Shown here piece after piece: positions 1 to 10,600 of a DNA stretch of 54,099 nt (the stretch's first letter is position 1; the number at the start of each line of letters is the position of its first letter). Source of the stretch: an uncultured Actinomycetes bacterium (lineage in GTDB: Bacteria > Actinomycetota > Actinomycetes > S36-B12 > UBA10799); NCBI GenBank assembly GCA_964627505.1, contig CAZVKB010000006.1, positions 1-54,099 of the forward strand. The letters are read 5' to 3'. The position numbers and the translations under genes are program-made. The notes under the pieces were generated by a model. It saw only the letters and a program-made list of their open reading frames with translations, did not search any database and was not told where the DNA came from.

Positions 1-55
1 CCCTAACCCGACACCGACGCGCCCAACACCCCTACACCCTGCATTGTGAAGAGCC
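1..55. mobile_element. Terminus (inverted-repeat end) of an ISL3-family, IS1096-like insertion sequence
   Basis: The reverse complement of 31..55 reads GGCTCTTCACAATGCAGGGTGTAGG, resembling the GGCTCTTC..GGTGTAG ends of actinobacterial ISL3/IS1096-type elements. It abuts jetA-like coding sequence and puts an in-frame TGA (47-49) in the jetA frame. No transposase is visible in the window. Confidence 0.72.
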
Positions 56-775
56 AGTTTCCGAGCTTTCTGGGATCTGCTGATGTCTAGCGAACGGCAG
101 GACGAGTTGACCACGCTGATCAGCGATGTGTTGAGCCTGCCAGCCATCAACTCCCCTGGATCCCAACTTCGCGGCATCCTCACCGAATGGCTGGTCGCAG
201 GTGAGGCGGTGCAGCGCACAGTCGCGCAACTGTCCAAGCAGATGCGCCGCTTTCTTGATACGCAGGCCTATCTGGACAACCGACGGATCGCCGAGATCAT
301 CCACGACATCGAGGCCACTGCCCTCGATCTCCGCGACGATCCACCCACCGGCACCATCACGGACATCACCGAGTCCCGTGCCGCGATCAGTCTGCCCATG
401 ATGCGCACAATGTATCTGCCCACACGTGACACTCACCTCGACTCTGATTCCGTCACCACCGGCGATGCGGATTTCACCACCGGAGACCTCTTCAGTCAGA
501 TCGCGATCGACGTTCGAATGCTGCGCCGAACAGTGGATCGCGTGCTGGCTGAGCGAGATCAGGTGACATTGGCCGATGTGGTCGACTATCAACCACTTGA
601 ACTGGGTTTGGCGGAACTCACTGGCTATCTCAAGGTTGCCGATGATGATCCCGCAGCAGTCATTGACGACACTCGCCGGCAACGGATCAGCTGGGAGGCC
701 GACGGGGTGCAACGCTGCGCCGATGTGCCGATGGTGTTATTCACCCGCAACGACACGGGAGGTAGCCGTGGCTGA
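56..775 (+). pseudogene. jetA: 3' portion of Wadjet JetA (DUF3375), interrupted by IS
   Basis: The frame reads SFRAFWDLLMSSERQDEL...AGEAVQRTVAQLSKQMRRFLD...PLELGLAELTGYL, typical of the DUF3375 C-terminal half. It overlaps jetB. Homology continues upstream of the ATG at 83 and stops at the IS end. Confidence 0.8.
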
Positions 776-1376
776 TCCTGTGCTCGGGCAGGCTGTGGTG
801 CCGCTGTTGAAGGGGGTGGTCTATGCCGATACCCAGACGGCTGCGTGGGAGACCCTGCTGGTGATTCCAGCAGCGGTGCGCGACTACCTTTCGCACCTCG
901 GTCTTGATGTCATCATCGACGAGGCTGAAGGCTTCGCCTATCTCACACAGCGTGACCCCGACGAGGAGTCGGATGCTCCGGCTATCCCACGGCTGATTGC
1001 GCGCCGGCCGCTTTCGTTTCGCGTCACGCTCCTGTTGGCGCTGCTTCGTCGGGCGTTACTCGAACTCGATGTATCTGGTGATCAGACTCGGCTGGTGCTC
1101 ACTCGCGACCAACTGGTCGAACTTGTTCGCACCTATCACCCGGAACGACACAACGAAGCCAAGTTGACTGAGGCCGTGGAAACCGACGTGCGCAAAGTAG
1201 TCGAACTGGGGATGGCGCGGCCATTACGCGATCAACCCCACACCTACGAGGTGCGTCGGGTCCTAAAGGCCTTCGTGGACGCGCAATGGCTGGGCGAGGT
1301 GTCGCACAAGCTCGCGGCCCTCGTGGACGAGCACAACACCACAACAGGGGACACCACAACAGGGGGAATCACATGA
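768..1376 (+). CDS. jetB: Wadjet JetB (DUF4194)
   Basis: GTG at 768 after a GGAGG RBS. Sequence LLKGVVY...LGLDVIIDEAEGFAYL...RRPLSFRVTLLLALLR...YEVRRVLKAFVDAQWL. Lies between jetA and an SMC-like gene. Confidence 0.88.
   Translation: MADPVLGQAVVPLLKGVVYADTQTAAWETLLVIPAAVRDYLSHLGLDVIIDEAEGFAYLTQRDPDEESDAPAIPRLIARRPLSFRVTLLLALLRRALLELDVSGDQTRLVLTRDQLVELVRTYHPERHNEAKLTEAVETDVRKVVELGMARPLRDQPHTYEVRRVLKAFVDAQWLGEVSHKLAALVDEHNTTTGDTTTGGIT
1336..1365 (+). repeat. 15-bp perfect tandem duplication ACACCACAACAGGGG x2
   Basis: Read directly at 1336-1350 and 1351-1365, at the jetB 3' end and jetC RBS. Confidence 0.9.
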
Positions 1377-4300
1377 CCTACACCCTTGAGCTCGATCTCA
1401 CCGACGATCCGACCGAGTCCGGCTACCGACTCTCGCGACTCGAGGTGCTGAACTGGGGAACCTTCGACTCCCACATCTGGACGCTTCGGGCTGATCGCGG
1501 CACCACTCTGCTCACCGGAGATATCGGTTCGGGCAAGTCCACGTTGGTAGACGCCATCACCACGCTCTTAGTTCCTCCGGGCAAGGTCACCTACAACAAG
1601 GCCGCCGGGGCTGAGCACCGCGAACGTACGCTGAAGTCATACGTATTCGGTCACTTCAAGACCGAGCGGGCCGATGAGTTGCGAGCCGCCAAGGCGGTGG
1701 GTCTCCGCGACGAGCGTTCCTACAGTGTGCTGCTCGCCGTGTTCGCCAACGCCGCGCTCGGGCACACGGTGTCGATCGCGCAGGTGTTCTGGCACCGGGA
1801 AGCCAGCGAAGCAGTGCAGAAGATGTTTGTGGTGGCAGATGCCGATCTGACGATCGCGGTCGACTTCAGCAACTTCGGGGCCACTGTGAAGGAACTTCGC
1901 CGCCGCTTGCGCAACTCCGGCGCGGTGATCAACGACTCGTTCCCGCCCTATGCCAAGGAGTTCCGCCGACGACTGGGTATTGACAACCCCCAGGCGATGG
2001 AGTTGTTCGGGCAGACGGTGTCGATGAAGTCCGTGGGCAACCTCACCGAATTCGTGCGCTCGCACATGCTCGAGCCGTTCGACGCCGACGACCGGATCAA
2101 CAACCTCATCGACCATTTCAACGACCTCATGCGGGCTCACGAGTCGGTGGTGAAGGCCAAGCGCCAGGTAGAACAACTCGAACCCATCGTCAACGAACTC
2201 GACACCTACGACTCGGTCGTGGCTGAGCGGCTACACCATGAAGCGATTCGCGACGGATTGGCCCGGTATGTAGCCGGGCGCAAGGTCGCGCTGCTCGATG
2301 GCCGACTCGCCATGACTGCGGCTGAGCAGGTAGTGGTCGCGGCGGACGAGGCACGTTTGCGCGCACGCGAAGACGCGTTGCGCGACGAGGAGAGCGACTT
2401 GCGCGATGCCATCAATCGCAGCGGCGGCGATCGCCTCGCCGGGATGGAACGCGAACGCGAACGAGCCGCACAGCTCCGTGCGGCCCAACGGATTCGCCGC
2501 TCAGATTACGAGCGGGTATGTGCCGCGTCGGAATGGCAACCGGCCGACGACGCAGCGGCTTTGGCGGCGCAAGTGAGTGCGGCCGCGGCCGAGGTGGACA
2601 CAATCGAGTCCCGTCGGGTGGAACTGGGCAACGAACAGACTGAACGGCAAGTAGCCCGACGCGATCTCGGTGTTGAGTTAGCAGGGGTGCAGGACGAATT
2701 GCGCAGTCTGGCCGAGCGCGACACCAACATCGACGCCCGGATGGTGGCCATGCGACAAGGCATGTCCGCTACCTGTGGGCTACGCGAAACCGACCTGCCA
2801 TTTATCGGTGAGCTGCTGCGCGTCAACGACGAGGCGTGGCGCGGGGCCGCTGAACGTGTCCTCCGGGGTTTCGGCCTGTCGATGCTGGTACCCGACGCAC
2901 ACTATGCGACGGTGGCCGACTGGGTGGACACCAACAATCTGCACGGACGTCTGGTGTATTACCGAGTGCGTGGCATTCCCACCGCGCCAGGAGTCACGGA
3001 CGATCGCTCGCTGGTGTGGAAACTCGACGTCAAGGCAGACTCCCCCTTCGCGGATTGGGTGGAGGCATCCTTGGCCAAGCGCTTCAACATCGTCTGCGCA
3101 ACTACATCCGCGGAGTTCCGCCACGCCGAGGATGCCCTCACCATTCGCGGCCAGGTTAAACGTGGCCGCGAGCGCCACGAAAAGGATGACCGTTCAGCCA
3201 TCGACGATCGCAGTCGATGGGTGCTCGGCTGGGATAACGCCGACAAACGCCGGCATGTGCAGGGCTTGCGGGATTCACTGACCACCAGAATCCGGGACCT
3301 CGACAACCGATTGGCCACCACAGTCGCGCAATTGCACCGCCTTGATGCCCGACGCGACAATTTGCGGGAACTGCAACGGTTCACGGACTTCACGGAGCTG
3401 GACTGGCAGAGCACGGCAGCCGATATCGCCCGGATGGATCGCGAGATCGCCGCGCTGCGCGAAGCCAGCGACGTCCTGCGTGAGCTCAACGCGCAACTGG
3501 AACGCGTGCGCTCTGACGCTGCGTCCACCCGGGCACAGATCACCGAGGTGCAAGGCCAACAAGCCCGCCTGGAGGCTCGCCGGGAGGGCGACGAGAGCAT
3601 CCGTCGGCGGCTGCTCGAGCGCTTTCCGGATCTGCTGCCGCTCGCGACGGGTGCCACGTCCGCCGCAACCGGACCCGTAGCCGATGCCGCAGCCGCTGTT
3701 GCCGGATACCTCGCCTCTGCACTCCCAAGCGGCGTGGAACCGACCGAACCCGAAGCCTGGGACGATGTTCGCGATAGTGCCATCGAACAGCTCAACACGC
3801 GTGTGAGCCGACTGGAAGACAAGGCTCGTCGGTTAGCCGCCCAGATCGTGCGAAAAATGGGGGAATTCCGCACCGAATGGCCGCTCGACACGCAAGAACT
3901 CGACACTTCCACCGAGGCTGGAAAAGACTATCGCGCGCTGTTGGGGCAACTGCGCAGTGACGATCTCCCGCGCTTCGAGCAAAACTTCAAGGAGATGCTC
4001 AACGAAAACGCCATCCGTGAGGTGGCATCGTTACAAGCCATGTTGCGCACCGCGCAGGATCAGATTCGGCGCCGCGTGGAGATCATCAATGAGTCACTGG
4101 CCGACATCGACTACCAGCCCCACACGTACATCCGGTTGGAGTCCGAACCAGCCACCGATGCCGACATCCGCACATTTCGCGCGGAGTTGCGGGCGTGCAC
4201 CGAGGATTCCCTCGGCGGCTCGGACTCCGACGACCACATGTATTCCGAGCAGAAGTTCCTCCAGGTCAAACAGATCGTGAGCCGGCTCAAGGGTCGCGAC

Positions 4301-4792
4301 GGTTCCGCCGAAGAGGACCGTCGGTGGCACGCGAAGGTCACCGATGTGCGCACCTGGTTCACCTTCGCAGCCAGCGAGCGCGTGCGCGCCGACGACAGCG
4401 AATATGAACACTACTCAGACTCCGGCGGCAAATCCGGCGGGCAGAAAGAGAAACTTGCCTACACGATTTTGGCAGCGTCTTTGGCGTATCAGTTCGGGCT
4501 GGTGAGTCATGCCACGCAGTCCAAAACATTCCGCTTCGTGGTGATCGACGAAGCTTTTGGCCGTGGCTCGGATGAGTCGGCGCGATTCGGCCTGGAATTG
4601 TTCAAACGTTTGGGACTGCAACTGCTCGTTGTCACGCCGCTGCAGAAGATTCATGTGATTGAACCGTTTGTCACCAGGGTCGGTTTCGTCTACAACGACA
4701 GCGGCCAAACCTCACGACTGGCGACGCTCACTATCGAGGAGTACCGCGAGGGAGTTCGGACCAGCCGGGACGAGCAGATGGCACGGCGGTGA
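1373..4792 (+). CDS. jetC: Wadjet JetC, SMC/MukB-like ATPase
   Basis: ATGA overlap with jetB. RLEVLNWGTF, Walker A GDIGSGKST, YNKAAGA, long coiled coil, signature SGGQK, Walker B VVIDEAF. Confidence 0.92.
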   Translation: MTYTLELDLTDDPTESGYRLSRLEVLNWGTFDSHIWTLRADRGTTLLTGDIGSGKSTLVDAITTLLVPPGKVTYNKAAGAEHRERTLKSYVFGHFKTERADELRAAKAVGLRDERSYSVLLAVFANAALGHTVSIAQVFWHREASEAVQKMFVVADADLTIAVDFSNFGATVKELRRRLRNSGAVINDSFPPYAKEFRRRLGIDNPQAMELFGQTVSMKSVGNLTEFVRSHMLEPFDADDRINNLIDHFNDLMRAHESVVKAKRQVEQLEPIVNELDTYDSVVAERLHHEAIRDGLARYVAGRKVALLDGRLAMTAAEQVVVAADEARLRAREDALRDEESDLRDAINRSGGDRLAGMERERERAAQLRAAQRIRRSDYERVCAASEWQPADDAAALAAQVSAAAAEVDTIESRRVELGNEQTERQVARRDLGVELAGVQDELRSLAERDTNIDARMVAMRQGMSATCGLRETDLPFIGELLRVNDEAWRGAAERVLRGFGLSMLVPDAHYATVADWVDTNNLHGRLVYYRVRGIPTAPGVTDDRSLVWKLDVKADSPFADWVEASLAKRFNIVCATTSAEFRHAEDALTIRGQVKRGRERHEKDDRSAIDDRSRWVLGWDNADKRRHVQGLRDSLTTRIRDLDNRLATTVAQLHRLDARRDNLRELQRFTDFTELDWQSTAADIARMDREIAALREASDVLRELNAQLERVRSDAASTRAQITEVQGQQARLEARREGDESIRRRLLERFPDLLPLATGATSAATGPVADAAAAVAGYLASALPSGVEPTEPEAWDDVRDSAIEQLNTRVSRLEDKARRLAAQIVRKMGEFRTEWPLDTQELDTSTEAGKDYRALLGQLRSDDLPRFEQNFKEMLNENAIREVASLQAMLRTAQDQIRRRVEIINESLADIDYQPHTYIRLESEPATDADIRTFRAELRACTEDSLGGSDSDDHMYSEQKFLQVKQIVSRLKGRDGSAEEDRRWHAKVTDVRTWFTFAASERVRADDSEYEHYSDSGGKSGGQKEKLAYTILAASLAYQFGLVSHATQSKTFRFVVIDEAFGRGSDESARFGLELFKRLGLQLLVVTPLQKIHVIEPFVTRVGFVYNDSGQTSRLATLTIEEYREGVRTSRDEQMARR

Positions 4793-6018
4793 CTCCAACC
4801 AGGGCCCAGCCCACGCACGGCGGCGCCGCATCCGGTCGGATCTGGACCACTCCGGCGATGGTGCGTCAGCGTGTGGCCAAATCGTGGGACAGCGGCCGAC
4901 TGCTGGCCAGCCTGGTTGTCGGCGAAAGCGCAACCGATGACGCTGAAGAAGCCGACACTTTTCCGCTGCGGATCGCGCTCACCGGACCTCGCGGCGCGGA
5001 TCTCGCTGCGCGCTGGACGGAGTGTCGCGACTGGGTGCGCAGTCATGAGAACGCTGGCGGTTACCGTATCGAATGGCGTGAGGTGAACGACCGCACTCTT
5101 GGACGCCAGCGATTGCCTGCCGCGGCCTGGCTCGACACGATCGACGACGCAGCCGCTTTGTGCGGAGTGCGGCGGGACTTGACGCGATTCCGCTCCGCGC
5201 TGACTGAGACACCCACGAACTTGCACGACTGGGTGCGTGCACATCCGAGGAAAGTTCTGGACGTGGGCGAGGACTGGCCGCTGCTCATCGACGTGGTTGA
5301 GTGGTTGGCGGAACATCCTCAGCCAAAGGTGTATCTGCGCCAGGTGGAGGTACCTGGCGTGCACACAAAGGTGATCGAAACACATCGCCGCACCATCGCG
5401 TCCATGGCTGATGCAGTGGGGATCCCCAGCGTTGCCGCCGACGGCCACGGCTGGTTCGAACGGCGATATGGCTTCCTCACAAAACCCGCGATGGTGCGAT
5501 TTCGGCTGCTCGACAGTTCTGCCCGGCTGCTGCCCGGCGTGACTGAGATGACGCTGCGGGTGACGGAGGCGGCGCACCTGCGGCCAGCGGTCAGCCGCGT
5601 ATTTGTAGTGGAGAATGAGATCAATTACCTCAGCTTTCCAGAAGTCGCAGAGGCCATGGTGATCTTTGGCCAGGGAAACGAAGCGCCCTCTGTTCTGCAA
5701 GGTTTACCGTGGCTGAGCGATGCGACAGCGTTTTACTTCGGCGATCTCGACACGCACGGCTTCGCCATTCTCGACCGCGTGCGGGTGGTGTTGCCCGAAG
5801 TGCAAAGTCTGCTGATGGACAGACGGACGCTGCTGGCCCACCGCCACGCGTGGACCATTGAACCCCAGCAGTCAACCCACGACATGGTCCATCTCACAGG
5901 TCAGGAACGTGAGGTGGTCGAGTTGTTGCGCAGCAATGAACTCGGCCCGGGAGTGCGCTTGGAACAAGAACGCATCGGTTGGCAGTGGCTGCGCGACGGC
6001 GTAGCCAGGTGCGGGTAG
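4789..6018 (+). CDS. jetD: Wadjet JetD, Toprim nuclease (DUF3322 + DUF2220)
   Basis: GTGA overlap with jetC. YLRQVEVPGVHTKVIE, VVENEINYL, YFGDLDTHGFAIL (Toprim DxD), RLEQERI. Confidence 0.92.
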   Translation: MTPTRAQPTHGGAASGRIWTTPAMVRQRVAKSWDSGRLLASLVVGESATDDAEEADTFPLRIALTGPRGADLAARWTECRDWVRSHENAGGYRIEWREVNDRTLGRQRLPAAAWLDTIDDAAALCGVRRDLTRFRSALTETPTNLHDWVRAHPRKVLDVGEDWPLLIDVVEWLAEHPQPKVYLRQVEVPGVHTKVIETHRRTIASMADAVGIPSVAADGHGWFERRYGFLTKPAMVRFRLLDSSARLLPGVTEMTLRVTEAAHLRPAVSRVFVVENEINYLSFPEVAEAMVIFGQGNEAPSVLQGLPWLSDATAFYFGDLDTHGFAILDRVRVVLPEVQSLLMDRRTLLAHRHAWTIEPQQSTHDMVHLTGQEREVVELLRSNELGPGVRLEQERIGWQWLRDGVARCG

Positions 6019-6085
6019 CGACACACCGCGGCCAAGTTGCCTGGACACCCAGAATCAGCCTGCGCTCGGGCATAGTCTTCCCGGA

Positions 6086-7642
6086 GTGAAGAGGGCCTCG
6101 TCTGCGAACACCGCACTCAACCCCGAGCAGCGCAAAATCGTGCTGGCCGTTTCGGCCGCCGCCGTCACCCTGCTCACCCTCTCGGCTAGTTTCAACTACG
6201 TCCTGCCCGACATGCTCACCGATCTCGATGCCACCGACTCGCAAACCGACATGGCTCGGCAGATTCCGACCATCGCCGCCCTGCTCGTCATCTTCATCGC
6301 TGGCGCAGTCGGCGAACGCATGGGTGCACGACGTGTCATGTTGGCCTCAACTGTGCTGTATGCCCTGGGTAGCGTGATCGTCACCGTTGCCCCGATCATG
6401 CCGGTCGCTACCCTCGGTCTGCTTTTCGCCAATGTGGGGAAATCTGCGCTCTTCGTCGTCGGTCTGGCACACATGAGCTCACAGATCGCGAGCAAAGAAG
6501 GTCGAGCCGCTGCCTTCGCCACCTTCTCAGCTGTGATGCCAGTGACATATCTGCTCATGCCGCTGCTCGCCGGGGTCATGTTGGCGAACTCGAGTTGGCG
6601 CACAGTTGCGACAGTGTGGTGCCTCAGCGGACTGCTGGGCACGATCGCCGTGTGGCGATTGCTGCCCGTTGATCAGCATGAGGAGCGCACAACCGGGGAA
6701 CTGCTCACCCCGGCGCTCGCCGGCCTGGTACTCGCAGCACTCGTGCAAGTGGTGACGATCCTGCCCGACTCAGGCCTGACCACTCGAGTGGCGTTCACCA
6801 TGACGGTGGGCATCGTTGCTCTCATCACCTTGTGGATCGCGATGCGGCGCATGTCACATCCCACCCTCTCGCTAGCGCCGCTACGTCACGGCGGACTGGT
6901 CCTGCTGCTGATCGTGCTGATCCTCACGATGTTCGCCAACCTGTGGTTCTACATGACCATGGCGTTGCAATACATGTTCGGTTTGACCTCGCTCCAGGTC
7001 GCGGTCGTGCTGGTCCCAGCCCAACTGGTGACGATCATCGGGGCCGGACTTGCCGGCAAACTCGTGCAGCGACGGGGTGTGGCTCTCGCCGGCACCATGT
7101 TGCTGGTGATCGTCGCTGTGGCACTTGCCACCAGTGCCTTCATCAATTTGGCCACCCCGGTATGGCTCGCTGTCGGAATCCTGTCGATCTACTCCGCCGC
7201 CGCGGTCGGGTCCGGTGTCGCCCTCACCAACGCCATCATGGACCTAGCCGGCGATGGGGAAGATGGCAGTGCCGCCGCCTTCCGAGGTGCCGCCTCCAAC
7301 TTGGGTAGCGCGATCGGCGTGGCCGCCATGACCAGCATTGTCTTTTTCGCCGCGGCCGCTTCCCTGCAAAGTCAGGCCACTGCCGCCGGCATCGATCCGA
7401 CTACCGCTTCAGAAGTTGCCACCGCGATGCGAGATGGTGCGACCTCTGAGGACACCTCGTCGCTGTACTCCGTGCCTGTGGCCGAGGTAGATTCCATCAA
7501 CAGCATGCAACAGCAGGCCTATGCGGCTGGTCTGCAAGCCCACGGAATTGTCGGCGCCGCAGTCACATTGGTCGCCGCAGGACTCTTCTACGTCGTCCGT
7601 CGCCGACAGGAGACACCTCCACTCGAGGTATACGCGGAGTAA
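6086..7642 (+). CDS. MFS transporter (DHA2-like, ~14 TM)
   Basis: Highly hydrophobic 518 aa. MFS motif A-like GAVGERMGARRV and a long loop before the last TM. Confidence 0.8.
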   Translation: MKRASSANTALNPEQRKIVLAVSAAAVTLLTLSASFNYVLPDMLTDLDATDSQTDMARQIPTIAALLVIFIAGAVGERMGARRVMLASTVLYALGSVIVTVAPIMPVATLGLLFANVGKSALFVVGLAHMSSQIASKEGRAAAFATFSAVMPVTYLLMPLLAGVMLANSSWRTVATVWCLSGLLGTIAVWRLLPVDQHEERTTGELLTPALAGLVLAALVQVVTILPDSGLTTRVAFTMTVGIVALITLWIAMRRMSHPTLSLAPLRHGGLVLLLIVLILTMFANLWFYMTMALQYMFGLTSLQVAVVLVPAQLVTIIGAGLAGKLVQRRGVALAGTMLLVIVAVALATSAFINLATPVWLAVGILSIYSAAAVGSGVALTNAIMDLAGDGEDGSAAAFRGAASNLGSAIGVAAMTSIVFFAAAASLQSQATAAGIDPTTASEVATAMRDGATSEDTSSLYSVPVAEVDSINSMQQQAYAAGLQAHGIVGAAVTLVAAGLFYVVRRRQETPPLEVYAE

Positions 7643-7694
7643 AACCCGCGGCGCAACGAGATGCTAAAGCGCGTGCAGGGTTCATACTGGCAAG

Positions 7695-10600
7695 GTGTCT
7701 ATTGCCAGTGATTCGATCAATCTCACACGTGTGCACCCGACTGCGGCGGCCAACAGCGATACCTCCCCCGCGCAGCAACCGCCCCCCTTCCCCGGCGTGC
7801 CCACTGTCATCAACGGCAACGGGGCCATCGCGCATGTGATGAGTCATGTGTGCGGCGGTGTCATCGGTTACCCGATCACCCCCTCCACCGAAATCTCGGA
7901 ACTTTTTGAAGCTGCCCGCGCCGAAGGTGGTCGCAACGTCTGGGGTCGCCATCCGTTCTTCTTCGAGCCCGAAGGGGAACACTCGGCGCAGAGCGGGGCT
8001 TTGGGCGCCGCCCTCACCGGCGGTCAATTCATCTCCAACGCATCGTCCAGCCAAGGAATTCTGTATGCGATGGAATCCCACTATGTGACGGTGGGTAAGA
8101 AAGTCGGGGGTTTCGTGCTGCAGGTGGCTGCACGGGTGGTCTCCAAGCACTCGTTGAACGTGATGGCTGGCCACGATGATGTCTACGCCCTGCTCTCCGC
8201 CGGCTACACCGTTCTGTTCGGTTCCAATCCGCAAGAAGCCGCAGATCTCGCCGCCATCGCCTACCGCACCTCGGCGCTGTCGTTGATCCCAGTGGCCAAC
8301 GCCATGGACGGTTTCGCCACCAGCCACATGCTCAGCGAGGCCAACCTGCCCGAACCCGAGTTGCTGCGCACCTACTTGGGTGACCCAGCCGGTCGCATCC
8401 CCTGCCCCACGCTGGCCCAGGAACTCCTCTTCGGCGCCAAGGGCCGTGTGTTCCAACTCCAGAACTATCTCGAACGACACCGCGATGATTTCTATCTCGC
8501 TGACTACGCCGCACTCTCGGAGCACCTGAAAACCCATGCCGTTGCGATCGAATCCGATAATGACGGGAATCTCATCGAGTCCACGCTCGGGTGGGTTCCG
8601 GAGGAGTTGCACGGCCAATGGCACCGCCAGTGGCGCAACGCTTTCGAACGTGGCACCCGCCAACTTGTTCCTGCGTTGGTCGACGTCAACGCCCCCGGCC
8701 TGACCGGTCCCGTGCAGAACCAGCCCGACTTCCAGGCCGGTGCAGCCGATCACCGGACCCATTTCGCCAGCGCTGTGCCCGCACTCACCCGTGAGGCGAT
8801 GGCCGAATACTCTGCGCTCACCGGCCGGACCTACTCCCCCATCCACGCCTACGACTGTGCTGATGCGGACTTCATCATGGTCGGCCTCGGTTCGATCACC
8901 GATGATGTCCGCGCCGTCCTGCCCTACCTGCGGGCCCAGGGGTACAAAGTCGGCGTGGTCTCAGTGAAAATGCTGCAGCCGTTCCCGGAGGCCGACCTGG
9001 TGGCCGCGTGCGCGAACGCCAAAGCGATCACCGTCTTGGAGCGCTCAGACCAGACCGCCCTCAGCAGTCTTGTCACCCAAGCCCTGTTCAAGGCCCGCGC
9101 TAACCACGAAGCGCAGCAGCGCGGAGACAACGACCAATACGACGATATTCCGGCGCTGTCCGCCACACCCAAACTCACCACGGCGATCTTCGGCCTCGGC
9201 GGTCACGATGTGCAACCGCGCCACCTCATCGCCGCCTTCCAGAATATGGCCGACGGCGGCAACGCCCCGCTGATCTACCTTGGATCACAGTTCTTCGATG
9301 AGCACCCCAACTCACACGTTGCCGAAATTCAAGAACGGTTACGGGCGGCGTATCCAGAGACCGAAGTGATGGCGCTGACCACGCAGCCCAACCCGTCGCT
9401 GCTGCCACCCGAAGCGCTGCGAATTCGTTTCCACTCCGTCGGCGGCTACGGCACCATCGCCACCGGCAAACTGCTCACCGACATCCTCGCCGGAGTGCTG
9501 GATATGCATTCGAAGTCGGCGCCGAAATATGGCTCAGAGAAGAGCGGCGCCCCCACCAACTACTACATCACGCTCAGCCCCGAACCGGTGCTGATCACCA
9601 ACGCGGAACTCGAAGATGTGGAAGTAGTGATCTCGCCCGATCACCGTGCGTTCATCCACGCCAACCCGCTCAAGGGGCTGGTCGATGGCGGCACGTTCAT
9701 TCTGCAGTCCAGTCTGAGCCCGCTGCAGGTCTGGCGGGAATTGCCCCGCCACGCCCGCCGCACCATCCGCGAGCGGCACCTGCACTTCCTGGTGGTCGAT
9801 GCTTTTGCCGTGGCCAAGCGGCATGCGCCGACTGCCGATTTGGAAACCCGGATGATGGGCATCGCGTTCATCGGCGCTGTTGTGGGGCACGTGGATCGCG
9901 TTGTGCGGGGGGCGTCGGAGGCGGCCATCGCGGAGAAAGTACGGGCTCAGATCGCCAAGAAGTTCGGGGCCAAAGGTGCTGCGGTCATCGAAGGCAACAT
10001 GTCTGTGATCTCTGACGGCATCACGGCCACCCAGAATGTCGATTACGACGCTCCGGAGTTTCGGGCTATCGATGACGAGGCGCCGATGCTCGTGCCGTTG
10101 GATGTGAGCTTGTCAGCCTCGATGTGCGCAACTTCCGCAAGCACGGCCGGCCTCTTCGATCCCGCATACTACGAAGACATCATGGCGCGGCCATTTCGCG
10201 AGGGCACCATCAGCGAAGCGCCGGTGCTTCCCGGGGTGGGGCTCTTCATGCCGCCTGGGAGCGCAGCCGGCAAAGACAAGGGATTGTTTCGTCGCACCGT
10301 CCCGGACTTCGACTTCAGCACCTGCACCGGCTGCATGGAATGTGCACTGGCCTGCCCCGACGCGGCCATCCCGAACATCGTCGCGGAAATTCCGGACCTG
10401 CTGCTGACCGGCATCGCCGAACTCGACATCCCCGATCGGCAGCGGGATGCGTTGCGGGCTTTGGTCTATCCGCTGTCCGAGCAGGTGCGCGAGGTGTACC
10501 GGCAAGACAAGACGCCGCGGCCCTTCCATGAGGCGGTTGCATCCGCGTTGGCGAGCCTGCCCGGGGTGCGTCCAGAGGACCAGCCCACACTCGCCCACAA

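Noticed and set aside
83..775. Intact 230-aa protein starting at ATG 83
   Set aside because: JetA homology extends upstream of the ATG and there is no clear SD. It is better read as a truncated gene.
576..1372. Longer track starts for jetB (576) and jetC (1286)
   Set aside because: They overlap upstream genes deeply. The RBS and coupling geometry point to 768 and 1373.
7563..8846. Long shadow ORFs (also 2959..3912, 10113..11048, 28157..29149, 49597..50655)
   Set aside because: These are antisense or alternate-frame ORFs over well-supported genes, expected in high-GC DNA, with no motifs.
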